A program made the position numbers and the translations under genes. Of a stretch of DNA of 64,000 nt, positions 39,880 to 51,804 are shown piece after piece. The DNA is from Gnetum montanum (Eukaryota; Plantae; Gnetophyta). The notes under the pieces are model-generated. The model did not search any database. It had not been told where the DNA came from and was given only the letters and a program-made list of their open reading frames with translations. Numbering within the stretch: the stretch's first letter is position 1; each line of letters opens with the position of its first letter. Location: contig MNCI01002112.1 of assembly GCA_015680685.1 (NCBI GenBank), positions 279,290-343,289 of the forward strand, read 5' to 3'.

Positions 39880-41559
39880 GACGATAGTCTCGTTCTTCCA
39901 AGGGTCGATGATTTCTCATGCGGTTTATCAGCAGGTTTTTTGAATTCCTCTTTTACTCACTTTGCCTTTGCATCTTGTACTGTTTTCTACGTTTGTTAGG
40001 AATTTCTTTAAACTAATCCTTAAATTTTAGAAGTGATCTTTAATTACTTTAAATCTTCATTGATTGTTTTATTTTTATGGCTATTTGCTTTGAGTTTACG
40101 TTAAGTTGTTTGGCTTTGCACTTTGGCAACCATGTCGTTTGAATTCATGTTTTTACTTGTAGTTGACATGCTAACTCCGTTTCTTCGTTAGGTTCCTCGC
40201 AGCGAGTAATTTTCCGAACGTGAGTAGTGTAAACGGTAAACCAGTAATTTTAAATCTTTTTTACAACTTTATCTCTTCCTACCTCCCTGAAAGAACGTGC
40301 TTACTTTTAAGTTGAAATAAATAATCATTTTACTCGATGATTCTTTGTTATGCATTTGAAATTGACCAGCTTGAACTTCTCATGAATATCCAGTGAGTTT
40401 ATTATAAATTAAGTGTAACGTTTTGACAGGTTTGAGATTTCTAAGAGTAATGCATTCACTACATTACCATGTTGTGCCTCAAAATTCTCTTCTTTTTAGG
40501 TTTTACCTGTTCAGAAAAAAGTTTTAACATGTTGAATTTTGTCAACTGTTTTTATTGTTCGTTTCTTCCAAGCATTTTTCTGATAAAAAAGCTGAGAAAT
40601 CAGAAATTTAGATTTGTCTTCTGTTTCCTGTTTTAAGATTGACACTAAATTGAAATCCATATTTCGATGTAAAGAAATAAAAAACAATGCAATGTCAAAA
40701 TAATCCAGTCACATTAGTTCTTTATATCTGGAATGACTACTGTCCTGTAGCAAAAAATCACAAATAATACATGGGGTCGAGATTCCGTTTTTTCCTTGAT
40801 ATTTCATAAAATAAGGGAATTAGAATCCCGTAGTTTTATGGATAATGTTTCATTGTTGTTCTGAAACAATGTTAATGGCAGAGAGTAATTGATGGTATGT
40901 TTTCATGTTTCTTTTTTTTTTTGGTCATAGATCTGACATGGAATCATATGCAGTTTCCTTTAATTTGCTGTTTCAAACCAAGAAGCCGACTTTGTGGATG
41001 AATCTTCATTGTTGCTGTTCGTTTCTTGGTTAAAGCAAGTGGAATCTGTTTTTTATTATTAAAAAATGATTTATATTGTTCAAAACTTAAGTGAAATACT
41101 CTCTTTTCACATTGCCAGAATATAGCTACTGGAACGTAAAATGTTTACATTTTCGGTGTTCTTGTTTAGTCAGTTTATTCATTTTTATAGAAATAGAGGA
41201 ATTGTGATTTACTGCTTCTAGGAAGAGTGTTGTTGCTCGCTATTTGGGAGGTAATTTTTGTTGCTACAAGCCAAGTAGATTTAATTTATCTCAAAATATA
41301 CATCTCGAATATAATACTGGAATACTATAGTAGTTTTGTGTTTACCAAAAAAACTTTGTTGATGGCTAATCTTCTGGTGATTATTAAAAGGGAATTTTTT
41401 CCCTTCTAGCATGAGATATGAACACTTTAGGTGCAGGTGTTGTTAGCATTTTAGATGGCATTAAGTCAATGCAAGCGTCATAAACAGATGGTAGTAAAAT
41501 TCATTGACATTAATCAAAAATGCTATAATTTTCTTGACAACTTTGTTAGGCATTTTTAA

Positions 41560-42210
41560 TTAAATTATATTTTTCTTTCATTTGGAAGATTTTAGAATAC
41601 AAATTTTGTCTCTCTGCTTCAGAAATTTTGTTATGATTGTGTGTTAATGTCTGAAATTAAAGCTCTATCATATCTGAAGATGTATAGGATCTGTTGGACA
41701 GATATTATATTTTCATAAAAAAATAAAGATAGACTGTACAAATTGACTAAGCAACAATGGAGGCAACAAAAACAAATCATACAAGTTTTTTGCTGCAACA
41801 TTATAGCACTGTTTCAAATGGGTAGTCTCAACACAGAAAAGAAATACTTGGAATTCATACCCAGAAAAGAAACACATTGAACTCATCTTCAAGGGTTCTG
41901 ATGTGTACAACCTACAAGTGTGTTCTTCTTAAGGAAGTTCAATCCATCTTCCACTTTCAATTCTAAGATGATATGAACTTAAGTAAAGCTTGTTGATGGC
42001 ACTCTGGACAATTGATTTGACTAATAGCTGTGAGATATTGAGCTTCTGCATCTAGTTTATCAGATTTAATGTAATTTTAATAAAATTATTTCTTGCCTTC
42101 TACATCAGAACACAACTGTGTTAAAAACTTCTGCTTATCTACTGGCAAATATGCTTAGGATTTATTGGTATTGGTAAATGTAGGCAATTATGAGTTGTGA
42201 CTAGTCAAAA
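41560..42210 (-). mobile_element. Old 3' fragment of a non-LTR retrotransposon
   Basis: Minus translation LSSYHLRIESGRWIELP*EEHTCRL...EDEF resembles the C-terminal SHxLxIExGRW...CxxC...EDExH motif of some LINE ORF2 proteins. Boundaries are approximate. Confidence 0.55.
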
Positions 42211-43129
42211 GTAGTTTTATATGACATGATTGACATCCCATGATAAAATGTTTGCAAAGTCAGTCAAAATTCAAGTTAAATGGGGTGCTACGTTGTGCTA
42301 CGCTACACAGTGTAGCATAGCGTAGTAGGGTTAGAATGCACGAAGGTCCTCTGGCAAGTGGTCCTAGCAAAGGAATTGCACTTGGCCACACTCCGACTTC
42401 CAAGACTGCCTGTCCCACTTCACCCCTAAGTTCCAAGCAAAGTTTCTTGACAAGGCATTGCAAATCAAGCAAGGACTCATGTCACAGTGGCTGCTACGCT
42501 ATGCTACGCTACAGAGCGTAGCACAACATAGCAAGGACACAAAGTACAAAAGCATCCCAAGGTTGAACTCCATAGGTCCCAGGACCTTTCAACATGGAAG
42601 GTAGGGTTGTCAATTGCAGAAGTTGCTTGCCTAGCCAAGCCTCATATGGGTATCTTTGGTTTTCAGGCAAGATTTGTAGCACTTGTTACCCTGGTCCTGT
42701 CCCATTGCACGAAATGTAGCAAAGTGAAATGCAAGTAAAAGGAAAACTCTCCCTTGCACATGCTACACTACATTGGACATACATTACGCTACCTAAGAAA
42801 GCTTGCAGGCAAAAATCCCTTCCATGGGTGCTACGCTACACTAAATGTGCATTACGCCAAAACCACCCAAACCCCTACAATAGCACAATGGCCATTACCA
42901 ACAATGGTGGCCAGGGTAGTGTCGTGCGCCAGCCGTAGTGTAGCGAACGCCAAGGCCGCTGCGGCCAAAGTGGTGACAGCCATGGCGTAATGGCCAAAAT
43001 GGTAGCCAAAGCAATAACAAAATTTGCAGTGTAGCAATAGTGGCGACCGTTGCAACCATGACACAATGATGGTAGTAACAATCTAACTTGATAAATCACA
43101 CGACATAAATGAGGGTAACGTAGTGACTT

Positions 43130-43388
43130 ATCAGGTGGATGGGGTCTCATGCCGCTCCTCAACACAGCCTTAGGAAGATGTCACATGGTGTGCTCCCCTT
43201 CGTCTAGGTTGGCATGCCCCTGATGCCTACGTTCACTCTTGCGCGCCATCACTCTGCTCACAAGTCGGCTGTATTGACTGCTACGCTATGACCACTACAC
43301 TATCTCTCAGCTCAACCACGCTATGCTCTGGGTGTTACCTCTAATAGTAAAAGTGACAAGATTTCCATGGGGTAATCCCCTATTTATA
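43130..43388 (-). pseudogene. TATA box and exon 1 of the antisense gene in D
   Basis: GCTATAAATAGGGGATTACCC and ATG 43249 (MARKSERRHQGHANLDEGEHT) mirror C1 GCTATAAATAGGGGTTTACCC and MAPKGECKHRALTKVDEVKDT. Confidence 0.7.
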
Positions 43389-43624
43389 GCCCACACAGTT
43401 AAAATACCTCTCACTTTTCAGGGTGTTTCATGTCCCGTGTGTAACGCTAGACATTCCACTTCTCACACATGACACGAAGCACCCTTGTCTACTGTAGTGT
43501 AGCAGGGGGCCTCCTTATTCCCTGCAGCGTAGCACAAGTTCACTGCAGCATAGCACATAGTCGCAGCATAACAAGTAAATATACCAGGATTTTCACCTCA
43601 TTTTTACAATGTTGCATGATAATG

Positions 43625-43990
43625 GTCCACTACAACCTTAAACTGGCAATGGTAACTTACAACGTTACATTGTTACAGTCCGCTAAGACCTTAAACTAGT
43701 AATTTTGACTTACAACGCTACATGGTTACAGTCCGCTATGACCTTAAATTGGCAATCTTAACATCTCCTTGACATTTTAAACCTATTTACGGTCTGCTAT
43801 GACCTTAAACTAACAATTTTTAGCATCAAAGTTTGCATGGTTACGGTCCGCTATGACCTTAAACTGGCAACTCTTTGACCCTCTTGACATCTAATCTTGC
43901 ACGGTAACAGTCTGCTAAGATCTTAAACTGGAAATATTAAAAAATAAATTTGCATGGTTGCGGTCCATTAAGACCTTAAACTGGCAATTA
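43625..43990 (+). repeat. Pre-RT array of D (GGTTACGGTCCGCTATGACCTTAAACTGGCAA core, variable linkers)
   Basis: About 7 copies with ~50-65 bp period. Confidence 0.88.
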
Positions 43991-44249
43991 TGTTGCATCG
44001 CATGATTACCTTACACACATTTCATTGCATATTACTCTATTAAATAGCTACCACTTGTCATTTGTTTGTTTTGCTTGTTTTGCAAGAGTGCTTCGAAAAT
44101 GGCTATGCAAAGCGATCTCCACTTGCCCTTTGTTCTAAGGCTAACGTAGATGGCAACAAGTTCGCAAATCCCGTCAACCACTTGTACCTGAAGCCATACT
44201 ATGTTTAACACAAAGGATTGCATCGAACGCGAAGCAAGGTAAGTAGAAC

Positions 44250-44610
44250 GTCCACTACGACGTAAAACTGGCATAAAACATCTGCTACAACGTAAAACTG
44301 ACACATATAGTTTGTTATGACTATAAACTAGCACAGCATGTCCGCTACGACATAAAACTGGCACAGCATGTCTGCTATGACGTTAAACTAGCACAACACA
44401 TCTTTGGGCCATGACATAAAACTAACACCCACAGCATGGTTTGTTATGACCTTAAACTAGTCATCCACCGTCTGCTACAATGTTAAACTAGCACAACGGT
44501 CTGCTGGACCTTAAACTAGCACAATGGTTTGCTGGAACCTTACACTAGCACATAAGTCTGCTGGGACCTTAAACTAGCATATTTGATGGTCTACCAAGAC
44601 CTTAAACTGG
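44250..44610 (+). repeat. Post-integrase array of D
   Basis: About 12 copies of CCGCTAYGACRTAAAACTRGCA / GACCTTAAACTAGCA with ~30 bp period. Confidence 0.88.
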
Positions 44611-46100
44611 GTTCGTAGTGTAACATCTTCCAGCTTGCACATGTGACACTGTGAATAAGCGAGTGTGCACACTTTCGAGCTTCCTAGACAACATGGGGTG
44701 AGACGTTGCAGTTCTATAATGAAGTTCCTGTTGCCAAGAAAAAACCCTCTGGGACACATGAAGCGTCATCGTCCCTAGCATCTTGTTGATCTTCCAAAGA
44801 TGTCATTTGATATCTTGTTGACCTTCTGGAGCTAATGCTACCATAGCCCATCATCTTGGTCATAGCTCCTGCTGTCAACACTTGTTGTTGGAGTCCCAAC
44901 ACTATTGTGGCCTAGCCACAATGTTGTCATCCTCCAGCCCTTGACATTGCCAAAGTTCAAAAAAGCATTCAACTATTAGGTTTCTCACCTTGTAGCTAGG
45001 TTTCATGATGCTTTCCTTTGGTGGGGATTCCTAAGCACCTACATCATCATCGCTTCTAGCCTCTTCAGTGCCCACTTCCGGTGGGGCCGTTGAAACTTTC
45101 CGGCCTACTGATGCCAAAGCCTGCACTAGCCTTCCTGCTTTGGACATTGCACACATTAGACACAACACTTGCCACCCTAACAATGTCTCAAACAAGTAGG
45201 ACTTTGCCCTCACTTCACTTGATGGTCGTTTTTTCTGGTTTTCTCTCTATTGCGTTTGCAGGATAAAGGCCAAGATGGCATTATTTAGAGATGCGTTTCA
45301 CAACGAGAGTGAGACACTACATTGTTCCAAAGTGGCCTCTTTGATTAGCTTAGCTACTTGAGAGTGCATATCCTACTCTCCCTTCAGCCAACCTAATCAC
45401 CACTTCCTATACTTACAACTTCCAATACCTTCTTCGCAAGCTTCCCTGATGCACATAAAGCCCTTGCACATGCCCAACCACCAAGCCCATGATGGACGTA
45501 ACGCAACTCGTCCCATGGGGGGCCTCTGTAGGCAGGTCAAAGCCTCACATGGATGTAACACAACTCATCTTGGGGAGGAAACACCTATTCTACAGCAATG
45601 ACAAGGTTGTCTTCAAGTGAACATGGGTGTGCAGCAAAAAAAAAAGGCACAAAAGAATAAAAGAGCAAAAACGTGAAAAGCATTCCCTAAAAAAAACAAA
45701 AAAAAGACAAAGATGAGTGCCTAAAACAAATGGCACAAAAGCTGCTTTGCAATCATTCCGGCTATAAATTGATCATCTCTAAGCACTTCAGTGAGAGGTT
45801 AAGGGCCAAAGGAAAAAACACCCATGCGTGTTGATTCCCTCATAAGCATTCCGACGAGGGATCACACTGTGGCAACAATTTTCATGACATCACGTTATCT
45901 TCATTTCTTCTCTGATCCTTTTTCCTCAAATTCACCCCTTGCCCCTATCCTACATCGCCCCCAAGTACTCTCAAACATAGCGAAGCATCATCCAAGCGAG
46001 CATTGAAGTACGGTGTTGGCATCTTGTTCATCATGGTGTTTTGTATTCTTTGTCAACATCTCTCGAGCAGATCCTCTAGAAGTCAACAAAGAGTGGCCAT

Positions 46101-48431
46101 TGAAACACCATCAATTTCGAGACTCTGCTAATTCAGCATAGCACCGAAATTTGGGCAAGGATCTTTGCAAATGCGGAGTCATGATAGACCATGTAAACAA
46201 CATGGCACCTCAGAAGTCCTAATGCCTATGAAGCCACTTCTGAGCTTGCTTCCCACCCTCTGTAGCACAGTCAATGTAGCACCCAACCATGAGGCCAATT
46301 TGCACAAAAGAAGCACTAGGGGTAGATCGTACAGTCTGGAAAATTTTCTATCTCCCAGGATGATAGGCTTGCTACACCCTCTAGCTTGCCCAGCTTGACA
46401 CATGACTTGGTTGACGGTCTACCCAAGGACCATGCTAAGAGTTGCTAGAAGTGTTCAGGATGGACTAAACAGTTTGGCAAGTTTTCTAGCTATGGCATCT
46501 GCTACGCTACGCTACACTGCACAGCGTAGCAGGCTAGGTGGAGATTGATTAGGTGCTAAAGATGCAGGTTGACAATGATTTAGCCCTTTGGGATACTTGC
46601 TCTGCTTCATCCTTGAAGCATGATCAGCATAACGTAGGAGAATGTGGCAAATTTTTTCAAGAATCATCTTTATTTGAGTGCTATGCTACATAGTGTAGCA
46701 AGGCTCCACTATGACAATGCTTCCGCTTAGACTATTTTGACAAAGTAAACATAATTGCCCATGCTTCAACCATTAAACATGCTTGCTCTGTTGTCACGCC
46801 AAGACATGACTAACATCCCATGACAAAACGTTTGCAAAGTGTGTCAAAATGCAAGCTAACTAGGTGCTATGCTGTGCTACACTAGACAATGTAGCATAGC
46901 GTAGCAGGGTCAGAATGCATGAAGGTCTTTTGGCAAGTGGTCTTAGCAAAGGAATTTCACATGGCCATACTCCGACCTCCAAGACTGCTTGTCCCACTTC
47001 ACCCCCAGGTTCCAAGCAAAGTTTCTTGACAAGGCATTGCAAATCAAGCAAGGACTCATGTCACACTGGCTACTACGTTGTGCTACGCTACACAGCATAG
47101 CATAGTGTAGCAAAGACACAAAGCACGAAAGCTTCCCAAGGTTGAACTCTGCAAGTCCCAGGACCTTTCAACATGGAAGGCAGGGTTGTCAATTACAGAA
47201 GTTGCTTGCCTAGCCAAGCCTCAGACCGGTATCTTTGGTTTTTAGGCAAGATTTGTCTCAATACTGGCGGCTACGCTACGCAGCATAGCATGTGGGTGTT
47301 TACACTACACCAATATGCTGGGCAGCATAGGTAGCGTAACACTCACGTGGAAGCCCTAGGACGTCTCCAATAGTCCCAAAACTCATTGACAATGGTCATT
47401 TCTGCTTCGGCATCTCTTTGACAGACAAGATTAGCAGTTTGCTTCGTTTTGCACCCTTCTATTAATCCCCAAAATTGTCCCTATGCTTGACCCTACTTGT
47501 AAGAGCAGGGAAGACATAGTCTTGGAGCATAGGCTCCACTTTGTATTCATTGTTGGCATTCTTTGTAAAAACATGATAGTCCCCTGGATTATGGCACATG
47601 CAGTTTGAACAGTATGGTCATGGCTTAGCAGGTTTCATGTCTAGCTTCGTTACACTGCAGCGTAGCATGCCAACGTACACTACAGCATAACATTACACGC
47701 TAGTATGGCACATTCATGTTTGCACCATGTGGGACCTAGGACATGTGGCATCCAAACCATGTTTTCTTCCACTTCTGGCTCTATAAATACCCAACGAACG
47801 ACATTCAAAGGATTGGCTTTTGGAATCATATTTCTGGCAGTTGGCTTTGAAGATTGGCATTTTGCATTTTGGCTTTTTGGCAATTGGTCTTGGCAAAAAG
47901 GTTGGCAAGCAAAAGGGTTAATGAACAGCAAACTCTAGTGGTAGCACTTCCCAGATCTCCCTTAGCTCAGCAAGCGCCGGTTCATCAACTCCGGTTAGCA
48001 GGGCATTGGCAATGGTTAAGGAGCTGTGACCATACCGTTTCATTGTAAGCTATGCCTATCCAGTATTGCACATTTGTTGTACACTTTCTTTAGCCAAACA
48101 AAGATTGAATCCCCCGATTTTAGGACGGTGCATTCTCTTACTCGAGCTTATTTCATTTCATTTTGCTATATTTTGCATCATTGTATATCAGCTTATGTTC
48201 ATTGCTTAAGTTACACATTTTTGCCACACTTTTACTATTTTGTGTTACTTTTGCACTTCAATCTCCACGCATAATGTCTTAAAACAAACATTAACGAAAG
48301 GCTAATGTACACCGACTAAGTCCCTGTCAACCAAACCGTTCAGGGCACTCCGTTTCCGTTTTCTCTAGCATGGCCCTCACGCGGATCCAAGTTAGGTGTA
48401 CGCCTGGTAACCGACGTTTTCAGTCGTTACA
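46101..48431 (+). repeat. 3' LTR of D (2331 bp)
   Basis: PPT CAAAGAGTGGCCAT, termini TGAAACACC...CAGTCGTTACA, TATAAATA at ~47782. Confidence 0.88.
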
Positions 48432-49529
48432 AGCTGTAAGCTTAAAGCATATGCATTAAAACCTTCTTGGCTAAGACTATCATCTCAAAAAATTGGTTAT
48501 TTTGATACGGTTAGTGTGTGTCAGATGTCTTTAACGAAAAAAATTGTTTGATATTGTAAGAAGTAGAAATTTTCACAGCAAATTCTATTGTATCCTTGTC
48601 TTACCGAATGTTTAAACAAAGGTTGTGGCTTTTGCAGGCCAACATCTCGTTCCTGTCCAATACTTATAATCCATCTGACAAAACCAGTTCTGCAGAGGCA
48701 AAACCGTTGGCGAACAGAGAAACTCTTACAAGATCAACTAAATCTTCTGCTAAAAGTGAAGGTATTGTTGCCGTTTTCATCTCATTTGTTGTCTATAAAA
48801 CCACCTATCTCGTTTTGAGAGCTGTCGAAGAATAATGGAAACTGGAGACTGGAGATAGCATTTATTTGTACCTGGACTCAGCAAATAGAGAAACGTCCCT
48901 ACGACATAGAAATACACGAATTTAAAATGTTTAGGCAAAGCAAATATTAGGGCTGAGAAAACTTATGAGGCAATCGTGGCAACCTAGGTCAAAAGCAATA
49001 TATTCAGGTAACTGCAATATGTAGGATGAGGTGAAAATATGCAATAAAATATTTGTTGTCTTTTTTGTGCGTCAAACTCGTCCACACCTGTCATTGCAGG
49101 TGGCGAGGCTTTTTCTTCCTTACCGCTGTAACACAAATATTCTAAATGTCCGTGCTTTATGCCATATTTCCAACCTTTATGTTTATTCCTGAAGCGAAAC
49201 TCCTTTCCCCAGCCATACAGAAATATCCCTGCCCTATCAAAATACTAAAATAAAAAAATAAAAAAATAAAAAGCTGGTGTAAACCACTGCTGGGGTGGAA
49301 TGCAAGATCTTTGAGGGCATAAATCGGCAGCTATGATTTTTTGGCTTTGAAATGAAACTATTGCGGTCTTTGTTCTTCGATAAAAACACGATTTGGACGA
49401 GGCTGGTGATTTTGTATGCAACCTATGGGAATTCCTCCTTGGCATAAATATGAAACCGAAACTGAATTTTATTTTTATTTTGTTCATGGAGACAAAAGAG
49501 GGTCTATTGGATAGATGAAATATACAAAG

Positions 49530-50360
49530 CATGAACTTTAACTACATTTTTACAATGTTGCCAAGTGTTCTTGGTTGTATCTTAAATAACTCAGCAAGGT
49601 TATAAGCTATGATACACCATTTTCTTTGAATTTCTTCCATATGCTGGCATTGGAGAAAAATATGATTTTTCATCTTCAATGGTGTTGCTATCACAAAATC
49701 TGCAAATTCATTCTTCACATGGAATGTTGTACCATTTACCTATCTCAATTCTAAAATAGTGAGATCCTAGCCATGCTCTCCCTATTCTAAAATAGTGAGA
49801 TCCTAGCTATGTTCTCCCTATTTGAATGTGCAACTGGAAAGGAATATTAGCTGTTTGGTAAGTGACTTGTGTAGAGATAGCTCCTCTAACATTATCCAAA
49901 TAGATTTTTTTCTTTCCTTTAGTAGCATTGCATAATTTTTGCAGAGCAATTCTTCTAACAATTCTTAGACATTCTTTGGGGTTGCAATGTAAAATAGTTT
50001 CTAGAATATTTCATTTTCTAAGCCATATCTTTCCATGCTGAAACCATCCTTTGTCTTGGGATGCATACAAAACTTTTTTGAAAAATTTATCATCATTGCT
50101 ATAGAGTAGGTAATGTGTATAACCCACAAATTGAGGAATATTCCATTTTCTAAGCCACATCTTTCCATGCTAAAACCATTCTTTGTCTTGGGATACATAC
50201 AAAACCTTTTTGGAAAATTTATCATCATTGCTATAGAGTAGGTGACGTGTATGAGCCACAAATTGACAAATAGCTTCAATCTCTAAGGGCATCAAATCAG
50301 CTTCCAAAAAATTTACAAACACTTCATGGTTCTCTTTCAATTGAATGCAATAAACTTACC
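49530..50360 (-). mobile_element. Old 3' fragment of a non-LTR retrotransposon with two local duplications (36 bp x2 at 49748-49819; ~132 bp x2 at 50004-50266)
   Basis: Minus translation LGSHYFRIEIGKWYNIPCEE*ICRFCDSNTIEDE, the same motif as at 41560-42210. Confidence 0.6.
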
Positions 50361-51804
50361 TGTTTGTCACAAAGGAACTCTACTCTTCTTATTGTGAATC
50401 CAAATTTTGTATGCTCAAACTGCTTCAGGATTGGTTTGCTGTTTAAGAGTCGTCCGAGCTTCCCAACATTGATCGTTAAACCATTTTTGTCCTTGTACTA
50501 TGTGATTTCTTCTCACTTGGATAGCAGCAGCCAATGGAGCATCTGCAATATTAATGGAGAGATTCCATCTTTTTTGAAGTTCAGAAAAGCTTGCTTCTCG
50601 TTAGCTGATAATCCAGAAATCCAAGTCTTCCTTCTACACTGAGACACATAGCCAGTGATTGAAATATAGTATACCTATTAAGTATAAAATATCTGTCAAA
50701 GATAAAAGTTCTAAAACCGCCAAAGTTCTTGAATTTCTTTTGCCAATAAAGCCGCTCGAAGGCCCACATTATCGCGTCTGGGATCTTCTACAACCTTTCG
50801 AGCTGCAGGACAGGGGAACCAAAGTACTTTACAGACAAGAAAGGGAATTCTGGAACAGGCAGCTGAAAGCGCTCGGAATGCCCCAGTAGCTTCTGCATTT
50901 GCAAATGAGGTACACTATTGACAATTTTTAAGTTTTCTCGTATGCTGCAAGGTGCCAAGAATACTGGTAATAACCTGTAATTGTGAGATGATATGTGCCT
51001 TTTTTGTTATTGACAGGAATCTGATAATCTATGGCTGGAACAAAAACAGATAGCGTCTTGCCAATAACGCTCGCTTTGTTTTCTGGTATGTTTCACATCT
51101 GTAATCCAGATCCGAACGTCGTAATACTCAAACATGGAAACTGTAATAATATCATAAGGTTCTCGCAGTAACGACTGTGTTACCATACAGAAACACGCGT
51201 GCTTCCAGACGCCGTATCGAGGGCAACGACTGTTTCTTTTTTTATCGTTTTGCCTCTTATTTTTAATATTAAAAGATAGCTGGTTTCGTTGATGACAGAG
51301 TCCACAGGGAAACGATGGTTCAAGAACGAAACCTTAGTTTTAGGGATACAAACTCTTAAAAACATGAAGTTTTTACTTCACATTATGCAAGGGTGACAGT
51401 TAATCCATTTTCATTAAATTTGAGGGTTAGAATTGCTTCATTCTGGACAAAATAGGAACTGGCGTAGAACCGCAGGAGTTTTTACGACCATTGATGCTCC
51501 TTTCTTCAGTTGGGCGCCACTGCGCTGCTGAGCCACTCCTGCGGCCCAGGGTATTGGATCGAAGACGCTGAACAGAAAATAACCGTTGGGCGCTCTTTTC
51601 TTCTGTTGGGCGCCGCTGCGCTGCTGAGCCCTCCTGCTCCGCCTCCTGAGTTTTTCTTGGCCGTTTTATTTCTTTCTACCGCGCTGTCTGGGTCCTTGCT
51701 CGCGGTGGGTGGACATGCACATTGGTGGTGAGGGTTTTCCTGCAGTCTAGGTTGCAGATCAGGAATGCGTGCACCCTAGGCATGGGCATGGGCAAGTCAC
51801 AAAG

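Larger units (their letters stand above)
42223..48431 (+). mobile_element. Deleted Tat-type element D (5' LTR remnant, first exon of the antisense gene, two arrays, pol almost entirely deleted, full 3' LTR)
   Basis: 42223-42677 matches 46803-47256; pol start MAMQSDL is joined to the integrase end ANVDGNKFANPVNHLYLKPYYV*; 3'UTR homologous to C1/C2. Confidence 0.85.

Noticed and set aside
42027-42040. AGCTG-TG as left TSD and 5' LTR start of D (right flank AGCTG at 48432)
   Set aside because: The following sequence does not match the LTR start and lies inside the old LINE fragment; the true 5' end of D appears deleted.
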